A DNA stretch of 64,000 nucleotides from Octopus vulgaris (lineage: Eukaryota): NCBI GenBank assembly GCA_951406725.2, contig OX597829.1, forward strand, positions 27,652,001 through 27,716,000. The letters are read 5' to 3'. Under the pieces are notes generated by a model. The model saw only the letters and a list, made by a program, of their open reading frames with translations, ran no database searches and was not told the DNA's origin. The position numbers were made by a program, and so were the translations under genes. Positions 25,003 to 38,351 of the stretch are shown here, piece by piece; the first letter of the stretch is position 1, and the number at the start of each line of letters is the position of its first letter.

Positions 25003-26689
25003 CTCATTTATCTGTGGAATTAATGAAATATTTCGTCATGGATTGATTAACAGATTGTACAGACCCCCTTTTTTTAAGTATAGACTATTAAATGAAATTT
25101 TTAATCATGATTTAAAAGAGGGGATGGGGACAAACGTTATTTACACAGTCTGTTTCTTTCTTCACTGTCGCCATCATCACCATCAAGAGATGCCTTTAAA
25201 GGATTGAGTAAAAAGTGAGAACAATAAGAAATGTGGTAATATTAGGTAGTTAAGCGTCTTGTAAATCTGACTGACCTATTATAAAATATTGATCTTTTTA
25301 ATTTTGTTGATTTATATAGATATGTCGTTCACCTCTTTATAATTATGTAAGAAAAAAGTCACCACCATTACCGTATGCTATAAATGAAAGTAATTTTGGA
25401 TCTATTTAGATTTTTCTGTAATCTAAATAGTTTAGTTTCGAAATTAGTTCTTTTTTATACTTCCACTACAATATAAATTAGAATTACATGTCTTACGTAT
25501 TCACTCTTAACTCAATACGCGTTGGCTGTTTCAAACCTTTATGTGCTAACTGCTGTTGTATCTCGTCTATGGAGAAAAACGCTTCCTTTCAGACGAATGT
25601 GCGTTCTTAACACACTCGATTCGTTAGCGTAAAGAGCACTAAATCAAAAAGTACTAACAGAAGAAATAATAATATAATTAAACTTTCTGGAGGTATTTAA
25701 TTATCACACTTGTAAGTTTGTCCAGTGCCCAGCATAGTTCACAGCCGCTGTTTGAAACCGATAATCGAATAATATTCTGAAATGACGAGGGTGTCTCGTC
25801 GTCGTTTATCGAAATCTAGAAATAGCTAAATCTCGCTAAAACCGCACCTTTTTCTTTTTTTTTTAATGGCGACAATAGATAATGTAGGAAAGGTTTGCCA
25901 ACGACTGGGAAACCAGGATGGGCATGTCTGGAATGCTTTGCCGCATAGGTTTGCTTGATCATGGACCAAACCGTACGTTCTTTTTCTTAATCAGTCTATT
26001 TTTCGTGTCGATCTTGAATGATTATTTGCGTTTAATTATTGTGTACACGTTGTTGAAAATGCAGAAAACTCTATTGAAAATATGAATAACAGTAAAAATA
26101 TAGTCAGGCTCAGTCAGACCCATCTTAGCAAGCCTCATAGGCCTCCTGGCAAAGCAATGCATTGGACCCCCATATACTTTAATTGACAGATTAAGCACTG
26201 GGGCTTCCTGCCAACAACTAACTGCCCAGTGCACCTTTGTTTTAGAACAGCACTGGATTAATAAGAAGGAATTTGCTGGTCATAGTTAATACAGATCGAA
26301 TAAGCTGGAATAGAATCGTGATATACTTATAGAAAAAAAATCATATCGTCTTAGAAAAAGAATAAGTATCGCATACTAAAGTAGTGATATGATTCGTTTG
26401 GTGTTAGAGACTTCTCTCCAATACTAACTATGATGCTAACCATGACTTTTGGTTGAAGTTTAGCTAGGGTTAGAAACAGGTCCTAGCAGCAAACAGATGG
26501 AAATGTGATATGAGAGGGTTTCTACAAGAAAGGAACTAATTTAACTAAATTGAAATGACGAAGCGGATCAAATGTTTAATTAATCGGCAGAATTATGTTT
26601 CAGGACTGAATTTAGAGATTAAAATTGTTTATGTGGATGGTGATAATTTCTCGAAAAAATTTGATTATATTAAAAGATTCTTGTCCTTT

Positions 26690-27062
26690 TATCTTTTGTT
26701 TCAGTCATTGGACCGCGGCCATGCTGGGACACTGACTGGAAGGGTTTGATCGAACAAATCGACCCTAGTACTTATTTTTCTTAAGTCTGGAAATTATTCT
26801 ATAAGTATTTTTTGTTGAACCGCTAGGTTACGGGGACGTCGCCTACCATCGCTGGTTGTCAAGCGGTGGTGGGAGATAAACACAAGCACACACAAATTTA
26901 TATATGATGAGCTATCAGTTTTCGTCGACCAATCCACTCACAAAACCTTTGTCGGTCCGGGGCTATAGTAGGAGACACTTGTCCAAGGTGCTGCGCAGTG
27001 CGACTGAACCTGAAACTATATGGTTACAAAGCGAGCTTTTTAACCATACCGCCATACCTGCA
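26690..27062 (-). mobile_element. SINE family A (diverged, near full length)
   Basis: All family A blocks in order. Confidence 0.75.
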
Positions 27063-28399
27063 TCCCGCCAAAAATGTTTTTCGTAAAATGTCAACAATCT
27101 TTTGTTTGCAGTTATATGTAGAGGAAGCTTCGATAAAAGCGTAAAAGAACGACCTTTTGATATAAGCAACTACTGCCGACTCAAACCAGTTTCTGAAGAA
27201 GAAAAATAAATTGAACCAATTCCCAGTTGTACGTAGCTTGGTCGCATTCCCAGAAGAGATGTCCCCTATTTTCGACATTTAGATCAATGAGGCATATAGA
27301 ATTAAATGAGTGATTTAAAGCCTTCTATAACATTGAACTAGCTACATGTTCGATCATTTTATCCAGATTTTGCACACCAACATAGTAATGTTGCTTTGTT
27401 TAGCAATATGATGTTGGAATAAGAATAATTCCGTATTTGTAGGAAACAATACCATGAGTCTCTAATGAGACTTCCAAACATTCCTTGAAGTTTGAGATTT
27501 CCTAATGACTATCATTGGTAGTGCATTCTACTATATTTTAGAAGTATATCGATTTCAGCATTTTCTCCCATGTTGATGAAGATCGAAGCAGTTTCTGGAA
27601 ATAGGTCGGTAAAAGTTAGTCAAGAACACTCTAGCTGAAATGCACGTACACTGATGTATCTAAGGCTGACGCAAGTAGTTGTCTTCATAATCGTACAAGA
27701 TGTGTGTGTGTGTGGCGGGGCGCAAGGCCAGTTTGTTAGAATACTGAGAGATATAAAGAAAATTTCAACGGTCTTTTCTTATAAAGTTGACTGGAACCAT
27801 AAACTTATTATGGATAAAATCCTGTTTCTTGTAAACTAAGGTCTGAAAAGCTGTTCGTTATTCATGGCTAATGATTTCAATAAATAAAATCATATTAAGT
27901 GGAGAGATGACAATTAGAACATATTTTGCGGTTGTTAACAGTAGGGTTGAAGTAAAATGGTAGCCAATCTATTCATTTGTTGATATTGATAATCAGAAGA
28001 TATATTGTAAGGGTTTCGTAGCGAAGACAAGACAGAATAACAGCGTGTGTTGAAGCGGATCCTATTAAGGTAATGTATTAAAAGAATCCGAGTGGCATTA
28101 TACTAGTATTGAAATGATAATGGCACAAGTCTAAATGAATCTCGTGATCGACCGTAACTGAGCAAAGTTGAGAGCGCTAATAGTAAGCGGCAAGATTAAA
28201 GAATCGCCATGGCAGTTTGCAACTATGTCCTGTTTTGCTTTATTCTTCGATTTATCTTGGAGGGAAAATGTTATGTACGAAACGGCTCTGATTAAAAATT
28301 TCTCTTGAAGGAAACCAGTAGTGGCTGACAACTGGAGGTTTTCACAGCCATCATAAAACACAATTTCCATACGGTAGGATCTCAAACTTTCCTTTCTTG

Positions 28400-28690
28400 T
28401 TCTTTTACTTTTTCCAGTCATTGGACTGCGGCCAATGCTGGAGCACCGACCTAAAGGGTTCAGTCAATCAAATAAACTCCACTGCTTATTTGTAAATCTA
28501 GTCCAATTCTATTGGACTATTTTTGCCGAACCTCTCAGCTGCGGTAACGTGAAGTCACGAACACCGGTTATCAAAAGGTGTGAGAAAGCAAAAGTACGCG
28601 CGTGCGCACACACTCGTTCACACACATACCAATCCACTGAAACGGCACTGATTGGTTCAAGAATGTAGTAGAAGACATTTGCGCCTAAGA
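28400..28690 (-). mobile_element. SINE family A (diverged)
   Basis: cagtcattggactgcggcc.atgctggagcaccg...ttttgccgaacc...gtagaagaca. Confidence 0.6.
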
Positions 28691-29463
28691 TGAAATTTTT
28701 GCTTTTGTACTTTCTTAAAGAAGCTAACGTTCGAAAGATAAACAAGGATGACGAACACACAAGGTTATTGAACTATACTTAATTTCATCATGAAATGAGA
28801 CATTGAAATAATTTCACTGAACTCTTGAATGCTTGTAACATTGCTAATATATAGCATTTTTAGGTCGTTATTAACAAAAATCTTTAAAAAAAAAAAAAGA
28901 TCAAAATTAGGTTGGAATGGGCCTTTTTAATCCTGCCTGTGAAAAAATACTAAATTGTCAAATGTTGCTTAGTCTAGACTGGCACAATTTTCAAGGATTA
29001 TTATTATTATCATTTGATTTATCCACTCCAGTACTTGCAAGATAACTTATTTTTATCAATTTAGAAAGAACGACAAGCAATAACGATCCGGGCAAGATTT
29101 GAACTCGGAAAATGAAACAACATAACCAAATGGAAGACGATAATTTTGTCTAAGGCTCTTCTGATTCTACCATCTGCTCTTCGATCGAGAGTTTTATGGA
29201 AGAAACTACAAAATTTCGCCGCAGAATTTAGAGTGCCCCCCCCCCGCCGCCGCATTCTCTGTGTCTCGTGTTATAAAAATAGAGTTTCTGTTTCTCAAAC
29301 GAATCTTACAATAAATGACATTTAATACATTGTTCTGAGAACGTTTTTCGCCCGAATCCTTTATTTATATATATATATATAATTCTTCCTTTGCACTTCA
29401 ATAAGCGTCATATATTTAGGGTTTTGACACGTTAATTGTGAAAAATAATAGGGACATTAAATA

Positions 29464-29688
29464 TTAGGCTGTCAAATAAATTCCTTTTTCTTTCTTTTAC
29501 TTGCCACTCCATCGTCATTTGTCTGAAAAGAAGTAAAATTTATTCAAATTTCAAAAGTGGTATACAAAAGTTGTAGAGGAAGAATAGAGGCATAAAACAC
29601 TACGGTAAAAATATTTTTCGTGTTCAGATAACTTTGGAAAGAATTAAAATGAATGGAGGAAAATGAACGAATTTAACTGACCACCTTA
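29464..29688. mobile_element. Tc1/mariner-type MITE (family of 15263 and 41178)
   Basis: ta|ttaggctgtcaaataaattc ... gaatttaactgaccacctta; interior similar to 15263. Confidence 0.65.
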
Positions 29689-30884
29689 TGTGTGTGTGTG
29701 TTTTCTGCACCTCAATATTTAAGATTTTGGTGCCCTAGCTGTAAAAGATATAGGAAAATATAGAAAACAAGGCTGCATAATAGCGGATAGAATTTGTAAC
29801 AGTTGCTGTTTTTTGTCTTTTTTTTGTTGTTGTTTTTGCTCAATTTTCAGAATTAGGTTAGTAAAATTGTATTCAGTAGTTAAATATGAATTCTTGACAT
29901 CATGATGTAGAGATGAATTAGGGCTGTTTGCAGATCTAGCAAAATCTGCCTTATTATATATTGCCTAACATTGTAAATTTTGTGAAATCTGGCAACCTGT
30001 TTATTATTATTATAACACGAGGATGAGTGGAAATATTACCGGAAGTGAAATCTTTCCGTAGAAAGTAATTCCACAGTTCCTCTATGTTTGCTTCGATTAC
30101 AAGACAGGCTTGTTATTAAATTTATTCAATTGTCTGTAAGTTATGTGTTTTAAGTAGCCTACGATCGTGCCTCTATGTTGTTAGTCGAGATAACAACCAA
30201 ATTCTAATAAATTACAACCTACTGGTTTTTTCTAAAAACGGAAGGACACATTACAGAATGTATTCGCATGTGAAAAGACGAGATCGTCATAATTGAAATA
30301 CCTTTGATCATAGATGTAAATCGTGACTAGACAACAAATACGTACAGGTACAAAGTCAATTTTCCGGACACTGATAGTCCGTAAAATTTTATAATCCCAA
30401 CTAATGTACAAATACCCTTACATTTAATTTGATATGCATTTAAATTAGATTATGTTGACCAAGGTGACCACCTCTGGTTCGGAAAAAAAAATTTGTAATC
30501 CGGAAAGGTTCCGGAAAATCGATGTGCGTCTATTATAATTGTTAATACTTTATAAGTCCTTTTTAGTTCAACTCTGCCCTAATCCACAATATCTGCTGCT
30601 AGATCAAAGTGATCATATCATCGATCGTCATAAGAAGTTTCATAGCAGCTGAGGTATGCCATCGGGTTTAAGTTCATCACTGACGTGATATGCCCTTGGA
30701 TTGGGAGGACTCCATTCTCTCTCACTCTCTCAGTTAAGGACTTGTTTGCTTTGAAAGGAAATTGAATAACGAGATTTTTTTTTAATGGTATCTAACCTAC
30801 TCTCCTGTTTTACGTTCCACAACATTTAAGTAAGAGATAGTGTAATAAAGGAAATCAGACATCAAACGTCTTTTTATATTGAGA

Positions 30885-31040
30885 AGGTGTGGCTGTGTGG
30901 TAAAAAGTTTATTTCCCAACCACACGGTTCCGGATTCATTGTCATTGCGTGGTACCTTGGGCAAGTGTCTTCTACTATATTCTCGGGCCGACCAAAGCCT
31001 TGTCAGTGGATTTGGTAGATGAAAACTGAAAGAAACCTGT
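30885..31040 (+). mobile_element. SINE family A, 5' half
   Basis: Matches 19195-19350. Confidence 0.8.
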
Positions 31041-31127
31041 GTTTGAAAAGGTTTAACGAAAGCGCTCACACACTAGAAAAAAAAACTTTTCCGAAAAAGG
31101 TTAGTAACATCCTCATAACATATTTTC

Positions 31128-31472
31128 TGTTTTACATGTTTCAGTCATTTGACTGCGGCCATACTGGAGCACCGCCTTTAGTCGAGCAAATCGACCCCGG
31201 GACTTATTCTTTTGTAAGCCCAGTACTTATTCTATCGGTCTCTTTTGCCGAACCGCTATGTGACGGTGACGTAAACACACCAGCATCGGTTGTCAAGCAA
31301 TGCTAGGGGGACAAGCACACACATACATACATACATACATATACATATATACGGCAGGCTTCTTTCAGTTTCCGTCTACCAAATCCACTCACAAGGCATT
31401 GGTCGGCCGGTGCTATAGCAGAAGACACTTGCCCAAGATGCCACGCAGTGGGACTGAACCCGGAACCATGTG
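31128..31472 (-). mobile_element. SINE family A, young, lacking ~35 bp of its 5' end
   Basis: Near-identical to 3615-3965. Confidence 0.9.
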
Positions 31473-31570
31473 AATAAATTTTACTTCTTTTCAGACAAAT
31501 GACGATGGAGTGGCAAGTAAAAGAAAGAAAAAAGAATTTATTTGACAGCCTAATATTTAATGTCCCTATT
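31471..31570. repeat. 100-bp inverted copy of 29447-29546
   Basis: One mismatch in 100 bp by manual comparison. Confidence 0.9.
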
Positions 31571-31654
31571 TCGTAACATTTTTTAAAAAAATCATCTTCA
31601 CACTTCAAAAACTGTGTTAAGTAATCCTCATAGACTTTCATATATATATATATA

Positions 31655-31883
31655 TATCTGTGTGTCTTTGAGTCTCTGTCTCCCATCGCCACTTGACAAC
31701 CGGTGTTGGTGGGTGTGTATACGTCCCCGTATCTTAGAAGTTCAGCAAAAGAGATCGATAGAATAAGTACCAAGCTTTAAAGAAAAAGGAACTGGGATCG
31801 ATTCGTTGGACTAAAAATCCTTCAAAGCAGTACCCCGGCATGTCCGTAGTCTAATGACCGAAACAAGTAAAAGATAAAAGATA
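31655..31883 (+). mobile_element. SINE family A, 3' half (older subfamily)
   Basis: cttgacaaccggtgttgg..acgtccccgta..gcaaaagaga.cgatagaataagtac..gaaacaagtaaaagata. Confidence 0.75.
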
Positions 31884-31913
31884 AATCGATATTCACCTAT
31901 ATAACTGTAACTG

Positions 31914-32170
31914 TGTGAAGGCACGTAGCCTAGTGGTTAGGCTGTTGCACTCACGATCGCTAGATCGTGGGTTCGATTCCCAGACTGTGCGGCGCGTTGT
32001 GTTCTTGAGCAAAACACTTCGTTTCACATCGCTCCAGTCCCCCTTCGATGAGGGGGGATTGTTGACCTGCTCGTATAGCCAGTGGTGTGGCGTCATATGA
32101 AGGCTAAAACAATGCAAAAGCACATTGTGACCAGCAATGTGTAACACCTAATAGCCTGGTCGGTCACGTG
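31914..32170 (+). mobile_element. SINE family B (head B + tail W)
   Basis: tagcctagtggttagg..gggttcgattccc..gttcttgagcaaaacactt; tail distinct from other copies. Confidence 0.75.
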
Positions 32171-34034
32171 AACTCTAACTTTAATGCGCATACATTATAT
32201 TTCTCAGCCTTGATACTCCTATTAAGGCATCGGAATCGGTTCGTTGTGTTATATATTATGGAAGGGTTTGCATTCGAGGTACTTCGTTGATGAAAGACGT
32301 TACGCACGCACACAAAGTCGAATAGTGTCTGCGGGACTCGGACCCACATCTGTAAACATGTCTTAACCTAATATTTACGCGCTGTTACTTAGAGCATTAT
32401 CTACTTCGAGTTCCACCCTTTAAAACAAATTACTTCACATTCTCCCGAAGTTTCTCAATTCTTATGACGTAAACTATGTCTCTCTCGATACACACACACA
32501 CACACACACATCAAATGGTTTATGAGCATTTGAGTAGGGCAAAACATTCGTTCATGTAGAGATTCTTCCTATTTCCTTGTGTGCCTTCAGCGACGACACC
32601 AAGAGTTTCAACCGAGAATTGCTAACTGTAAGCTAGTCCAAACGTTTGACTTGAACAGTCAACTGTTGTATCGCCGGTGACGCGGCATATATTGCATGAC
32701 GTAGTTTTAGGCGTACTGTCGTCTTCGGAAAAAGATGACATCGTTACGGCTGAAAAAATATTGATCTTGGGCCTAGGCAATCGGAATTGACCTAAAGCTA
32801 AACAACAACAGCACTTAAACCATTGATCATTCGACTTCTAGACGAACACCTTTGTCGATCTTCAAGCCAAATCTTATAAATTTAAATAACTTCTTGCGGC
32901 TCCTTGGATTGGTAATCCATGTATTAACGATTTAAGTTGAAATAAATCAGTTTCAGTATGGTGGGACCCATACGGTATTTTTCTGTACTCTATGGTTAAC
33001 ACTTCAGAAATAAGGATTTCTTATTTTGTGGTTCAGAATAATAAGGATTTTTTCTTGTTTTGTGATTCAGAATAATAAACACCGAGATTTTGTACCATTC
33101 ATGCATGCCTTTGTGGCTAGGGTTTCATGAAAAGTAACCTCAGATTTGACGAGGATGCAACGTTGTCTTATTCTCTGAATATCATCTCACCACACATAAT
33201 TTTTATTAAGTATAATAGCTTCTAGACATTCGTTTAGTTATTGAACCTATCCATCGGTGGTGGGTGATTATCTAGATTAAGATTCGATCTCTAAAATTCT
33301 GTTTCACAGTTATTACGTGTACTACTGTAATGAACATGCAACTTTCATGAAACAAGTAGTTTTTTTTTTATATATTTATTTATTGTGCAGCGGTCAAATG
33401 ACTTGACAGTATCATCTGCGAGCAGCAATTCTCGTGGTTAGTTCATGAAATTTTCATTATATTTGCAATATTACAATATTCATTATATTTACAATATAAA
33501 TGAAGATGGTAAGGATAGATTTGTCAAGTAAGCCGCCTTCAGTGGATTTATCAATAGTTAAGTCAAACTTCGTGGAAACAAAAGGTAAAAATCGAATTAA
33601 ACTCGCAACGTAAGAATATTAATTAGATTAAATGCTGGAAACAATAATTATAACTGATATAAGAAGAACAATGTAGGTAGGAAGTTAGACAAAATATGTA
33701 AGGTGGCGTTAGTGAATGAAAACAGGGAGTAGATATTTTATTACCTTACTTCCCTCTTTATTTTCTTTTATTGGCATCAACATACATACTGGGTGTTCAT
33801 ACTTCATCTTTACAACCGTCACAATTTGTTGCATGTATTAATGTTAAAATCGTCTAGATGTGTTGCGTGCAACCAGTGGAGCCCACGTAGAAGTATTCTG
33901 ATGTTTCTTATAAAACTTTATGTTTTCCAGTAAACTCTGTTGAGTTATCTTTATTTCTCATCTTGTTCTGAATTTTTCAAATTGTTAACGTAATTTACGA
34001 ATACTTTATATTTTGCATAACTTCTCATCTAGAT

Positions 34035-34402
34035 TGCTCACCACATCGTTCCGTATTCAGTCACACTGCGTGGCACCTTGGGCAAGTGTCTTCTATTATA
34101 TCCTCGGTCCGACCAAAGCCTTGCGAGTGGATTTGGTAGACGGAAAGTGAAAGAAGAGAATCGTTTATAGATTTATCTATGTGTGCGTGTCTTTGTGTCT
34201 GTGTTTGTCCCCTACCATTGCTTGACAATCGGTGTTGGTATGTTTACGTCCCCGTGACATAGCGGTTTGGCAAATTGAAACCGATAGAATAAGCACCCGG
34301 TTTAAAAAGGAAATAAGTAATAAGAGTCGATTAGTTCAACTAAAATTCCTCAGGGCGATGCTTCAGTATGGCCGCAATCTAATAATTAAAACAAATAAAA
34401 GT
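34035..34402 (+). mobile_element. SINE family A (diverged)
   Basis: Family A blocks in order. Confidence 0.75.
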
Positions 34403-34460
34403 ATAAATATCATTTACACCATTTTACAGAACTCCAAGCAAATTACAATACTATTTTAAT

Positions 34461-34655
34461 AGCGAGCTGGCAGAATCGTTAGCATGCCCGGCCAAATGCT
34501 TAGCGTCTTTATGTTCAAAGTTCAAATTCCGCCGAGGTCGATTTTGTCTTTCATCATTTCGGAGTCGATAAAATAAATACTAGTTGAGCACTGGAGGTCG
34601 ATCTAATCGACTTAACCTATCTCCTGAAATTGCTGGCCTTGTGCCAAAATTTGGA
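34461..34655 (+). mobile_element. SINE family C
   Basis: gcgagctggcagaatcgttagca...ttcaaattccgccgaggtcga...gctggccttgtgccaaaattt. Confidence 0.8.
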
Positions 34656-36092
34656 AGCAATAATGAAAAGTATTTTACATTGATATAAGGGCTGGATGAA
34701 GTCGTATATTTAAACCTGAATTTGAAAGCGGTGTATGCTTCATTAATCCAAGAGGGACGGTAGAATGCCGACCCCGGTAGTATTTTCACTTTGTGCATAA
34801 CAAAATGCAATCAAATATAGAACCTCACTGCTCACTCGTGTCTATACCCCCACCTCCTGTCTCTACCTAATGAAATTTGCTTTCCTTCAGTCTTATCTCA
34901 CTAAATAACTGGTGCTGATACTTGTTTGTTAGCGATTCAACAGAAATTCGAGCGTCACAAATCGGCTACATTGAAACACAAGTAGAATGCTATTAGTCAT
35001 TTGTGTGCTTCATCTTATTCCAACTGTCAATCGTAGATACACAATTTTTATTTTTACATATCGACAGCGACAGAGATCTAAAATAACTTCTTTTGACAAT
35101 TTTTTTTTGTGGAGATGTGGGCGTTTTTCTCTGATCAAACAGGATGTAAGTAATTGATTGGCTCGATGCAATCGACTAATCCAATGCTTCAGATATAACC
35201 TTCTACTTCCAGTTAATTTCGGGCCATATTCTCTGTGCACCCTAATAAGCAGTAGAGTATTGTATAGAGAGCAGTGTATCAGTCTATACGACGTATTTCT
35301 TCCCTACCTTTTCAGTCTATATGCCTACTGGTTATAGGTGGTGTCGAGGACACATACTGGATATGAACTCTGTAGGGACTTCATAATTATTGTCCTATTC
35401 TTGCAAAGGTTTTGCAAACTCCACCCTCCGAACTCCCAGATCATAACTGATGCACTAAGATCTACGGCTCAGAGACGCTCCAGATGTGACCATACATCCT
35501 TTTATTTTTCTGGATAGTGTATCTAGGACTACATTATCAGTGGATGGTAAGGTGTGAGTTGAGGGAGATTTGGTTTCTATTTCGAACAACCACGCAGAAC
35601 CTTTCTCATAGGATCGCGTTTATACAGTTATTGTTTAGCCCCTAAGTGGTCAGTCTTAATCAAGCTGGTCTGTAATCAAAGGCATTCCATCCGTGATCTC
35701 TCTGTCTCGTATTTATTGGGTTGGATGTGTAGATGGATTTGATGAACATTTGTATATTATCAGTTGTCAACTTAACTGCTACTCGGAGGAGAAGGGGGGA
35801 AACACTGTACCAATCATTACAGGGTACCGATATAGAAAACGTGGACTGGTGGCTGAAATATATCGTTGTAGTAACTTAAAGTAAACCTCATGAAATTTAA
35901 CGACACGTTAGATGCTCAGCATAATAATAACTCTAAGTATACATAAATCTTGCTGTTACGTTACAAAACTAGTGTTCGCAATGAGAAAGAATTCAATTGC
36001 GTAATTAAAACCTGATCTCACATTAGCACATGACCAGATATTGAAAGAAAACCGGATTTGGTGAGTGTTATGACATCCATGCCCTTTCTTAA

Positions 36093-36333
36093 CCCTTTGC
36101 CTGTCCAAAACATTTCCATAAGTTTGTCCTAAATACCCATGCATGATTTCAGACTTTTAGTTTGTTTCAAGCCTTTGTTTCATATGTTCTACGTAAAATA
36201 AAGCTTTACTTTCCTAAGTCCCGAGTTATTCTGGTGATTAAAAAACAAAAAAAAAAGGGGGAACGTGTATCGTGAGGGCCAGAGAAATATTTATTGTGTA
36301 TTATTACATCTGATACACAAGACAGGCAAAGGA
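36093..36333. mobile_element. piggyBac-type MITE
   Basis: TTAA|ccctttgcctgtc ... gacaggcaaagga|TTAA. Confidence 0.75.
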
Positions 36334-37194
36334 TTAAAAAATTACTCATGAAGAATGAAGGCAAAAATTAACAAATATAGTGGTGTCGTCGGCTGATTAT
36401 GCACTTCCTTTACACAATTTCTATCTTCGTTTTTTATTAATGTTAGAAACTGTGAATAGCTTCTTTAGTTAGTTCAGTTGTTACACTGAATTAAAGTGTA
36501 CAATAAGGAGCGTTTACAGAAACTGGGAGTGTGTTGTTAGGCGCTACTATTTACTTAAATCTCGCCGAAGATGACTTTGCTTTACATACATCGTAAGGCA
36601 ATAAAAAGCATGTGCAGGATTAAGTTCTCTAGACCAAATTCCTGTCCCACCCAACCCCTCCTCCAAAGAACTATGGTATTTGAGCTCATCTGACAACAAA
36701 TCATAAAAATGCCCTATATTATTAACATTTCCTGTGATGATTCAGTCTTTGTTGTTGCTGGAATTTCGTAACGTTTTTTTTTTTGCTTTCCTAAATGCTT
36801 CCTGTCAGGTGTTGTTTCACGTCGTATACAGCTAGCTGGCTGACGACGGTTCTGTCTCACGCGTTAAGTTTACTGCACGATAATCTAGAGATCCAACAGT
36901 GTATATCTGCTCCTTCTGGTCAATTTTCTGTTAAACACAATTTATCTCAAAATTGTACTTAATTTATTTCAAAAACGGTTTGTATTAAGTGCATATAATG
37001 AGTGTGTGTGTGTGTGTTACATTTTTGTAAGAAGAGAAGTGATAAGAACTTCGAAGTTTCGGTCTGCAAACTTTCACTGGACTAGCAAGCCTTTCGAATT
37101 AATTATCACCAGTCTTCTTGTAAAAGTATAATAATGTACTTTACGAAAAGTATTGAGTAATCCTTCAATTTAATATAAAATTGTTATAATTCCT

Positions 37195-37345
37195 TAGACT
37201 TCTTTCCTTCTCTAGACCTTTCCTCTTTCTCCTTTCTGACGAAGAGCCATGCTCGAAACGTTATACACACATTTTTTTTCCATCTTATATCGAGCGTCAA
37301 CCTAATACATTTCATGTGTGCGTTTTTTTTTTTTTACTTTTGTTG
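37195..37345 (+). mobile_element. Penelope-like remnant with hammerhead-like core (37236-37262)
   Basis: CTGACGAA-GAGC-cat-GCTC-GAAACGTT, downstream gagcgtcaa, followed by (TCTA)n(TA)n. Confidence 0.55.
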
Positions 37346-37375
37346 TTTTGTTATTCGTAAGTTTCTATTTCTATT

Positions 37376-37428
<53 letters not shown>

Positions 37429-37431
37429 ATC

Positions 37432-37489
<58 letters not shown>

Positions 37490-38351
37490 GTATAGATGTC
37501 ATTCAAATGGTTCTCAGAAAGTTATACGATGTCACACCGGTACACAACTCTGGGCTGTACGGTTCCTCATAGCTGAAACAGCTGTAAGCTAATTAAAAGT
37601 AATTACGTAACTCTTGCTCTTTTATCATTTATTTATTAATACGTAACATTACACTCTGTACAATGAAGTACCAGTATATTGAATTCTGCCAAATGATTGT
37701 TTGTACTGCTATGACTCAGTAGAATCGTTAAGATTTGTGCATGTTATCTAATGTGCAAAGTATTATAATGGCGACAACTGTCGTGATTTATACATTATGT
37801 CGTATAATCTTGTGTGGGCCTTGTTACTTTGGCAGATGGACTACATATAGTTGTGATGACACATCTATCTTAATGCTGGCAATGTCGGCAGCAGTAGCAA
37901 TAGTAGTAGTAGTAGTAATTACATGTCTTTTTGAGCACGCGCGTGCGTGTCTGTTTATATATCTATTGCTATTTGAAGAGATGCAGTAGTTTATATTGTC
38001 ACAATGTTTATTGCAAGTTATTCTTCATAATCTGTTAGTAAGAAAAAAGCGCACAGGGTATCACCGAGTACAGTTTTTACATGAAATTACTACAAAAACA
38101 AGACCAAAAAACACCAAAAAAACTCATTAAGCGTAAGCATGGGTGCGTGGTTAAGAAACTCGCTTTGCGATCACGTGGTTTCAGGTTCATTCCCACTCTT
38201 CAACACCTTAGGTAGTTGTCTTCTACTGCAGTGTTTGTGTCCTTGTAGCTTTGTTTTTACTTTTTTCTGTGACTTATTGGACTGTGGATCCCAATTAGCA
38301 ACATAGCCATCAAAAATTTTTTTTTTTAAAGCCCAAAACATTCTTTTTTAA

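Noticed and set aside
27130-28390. 1.2-kb microsatellite-poor stretch that may be a decayed LINE or exon
   Set aside because: No sustained reading frame or recognisable motif by eye; needs BLASTX
30345-30530. Possible Tigger-like MITE (attttccgga inverted)
   Set aside because: Termini too degenerate to call confidently
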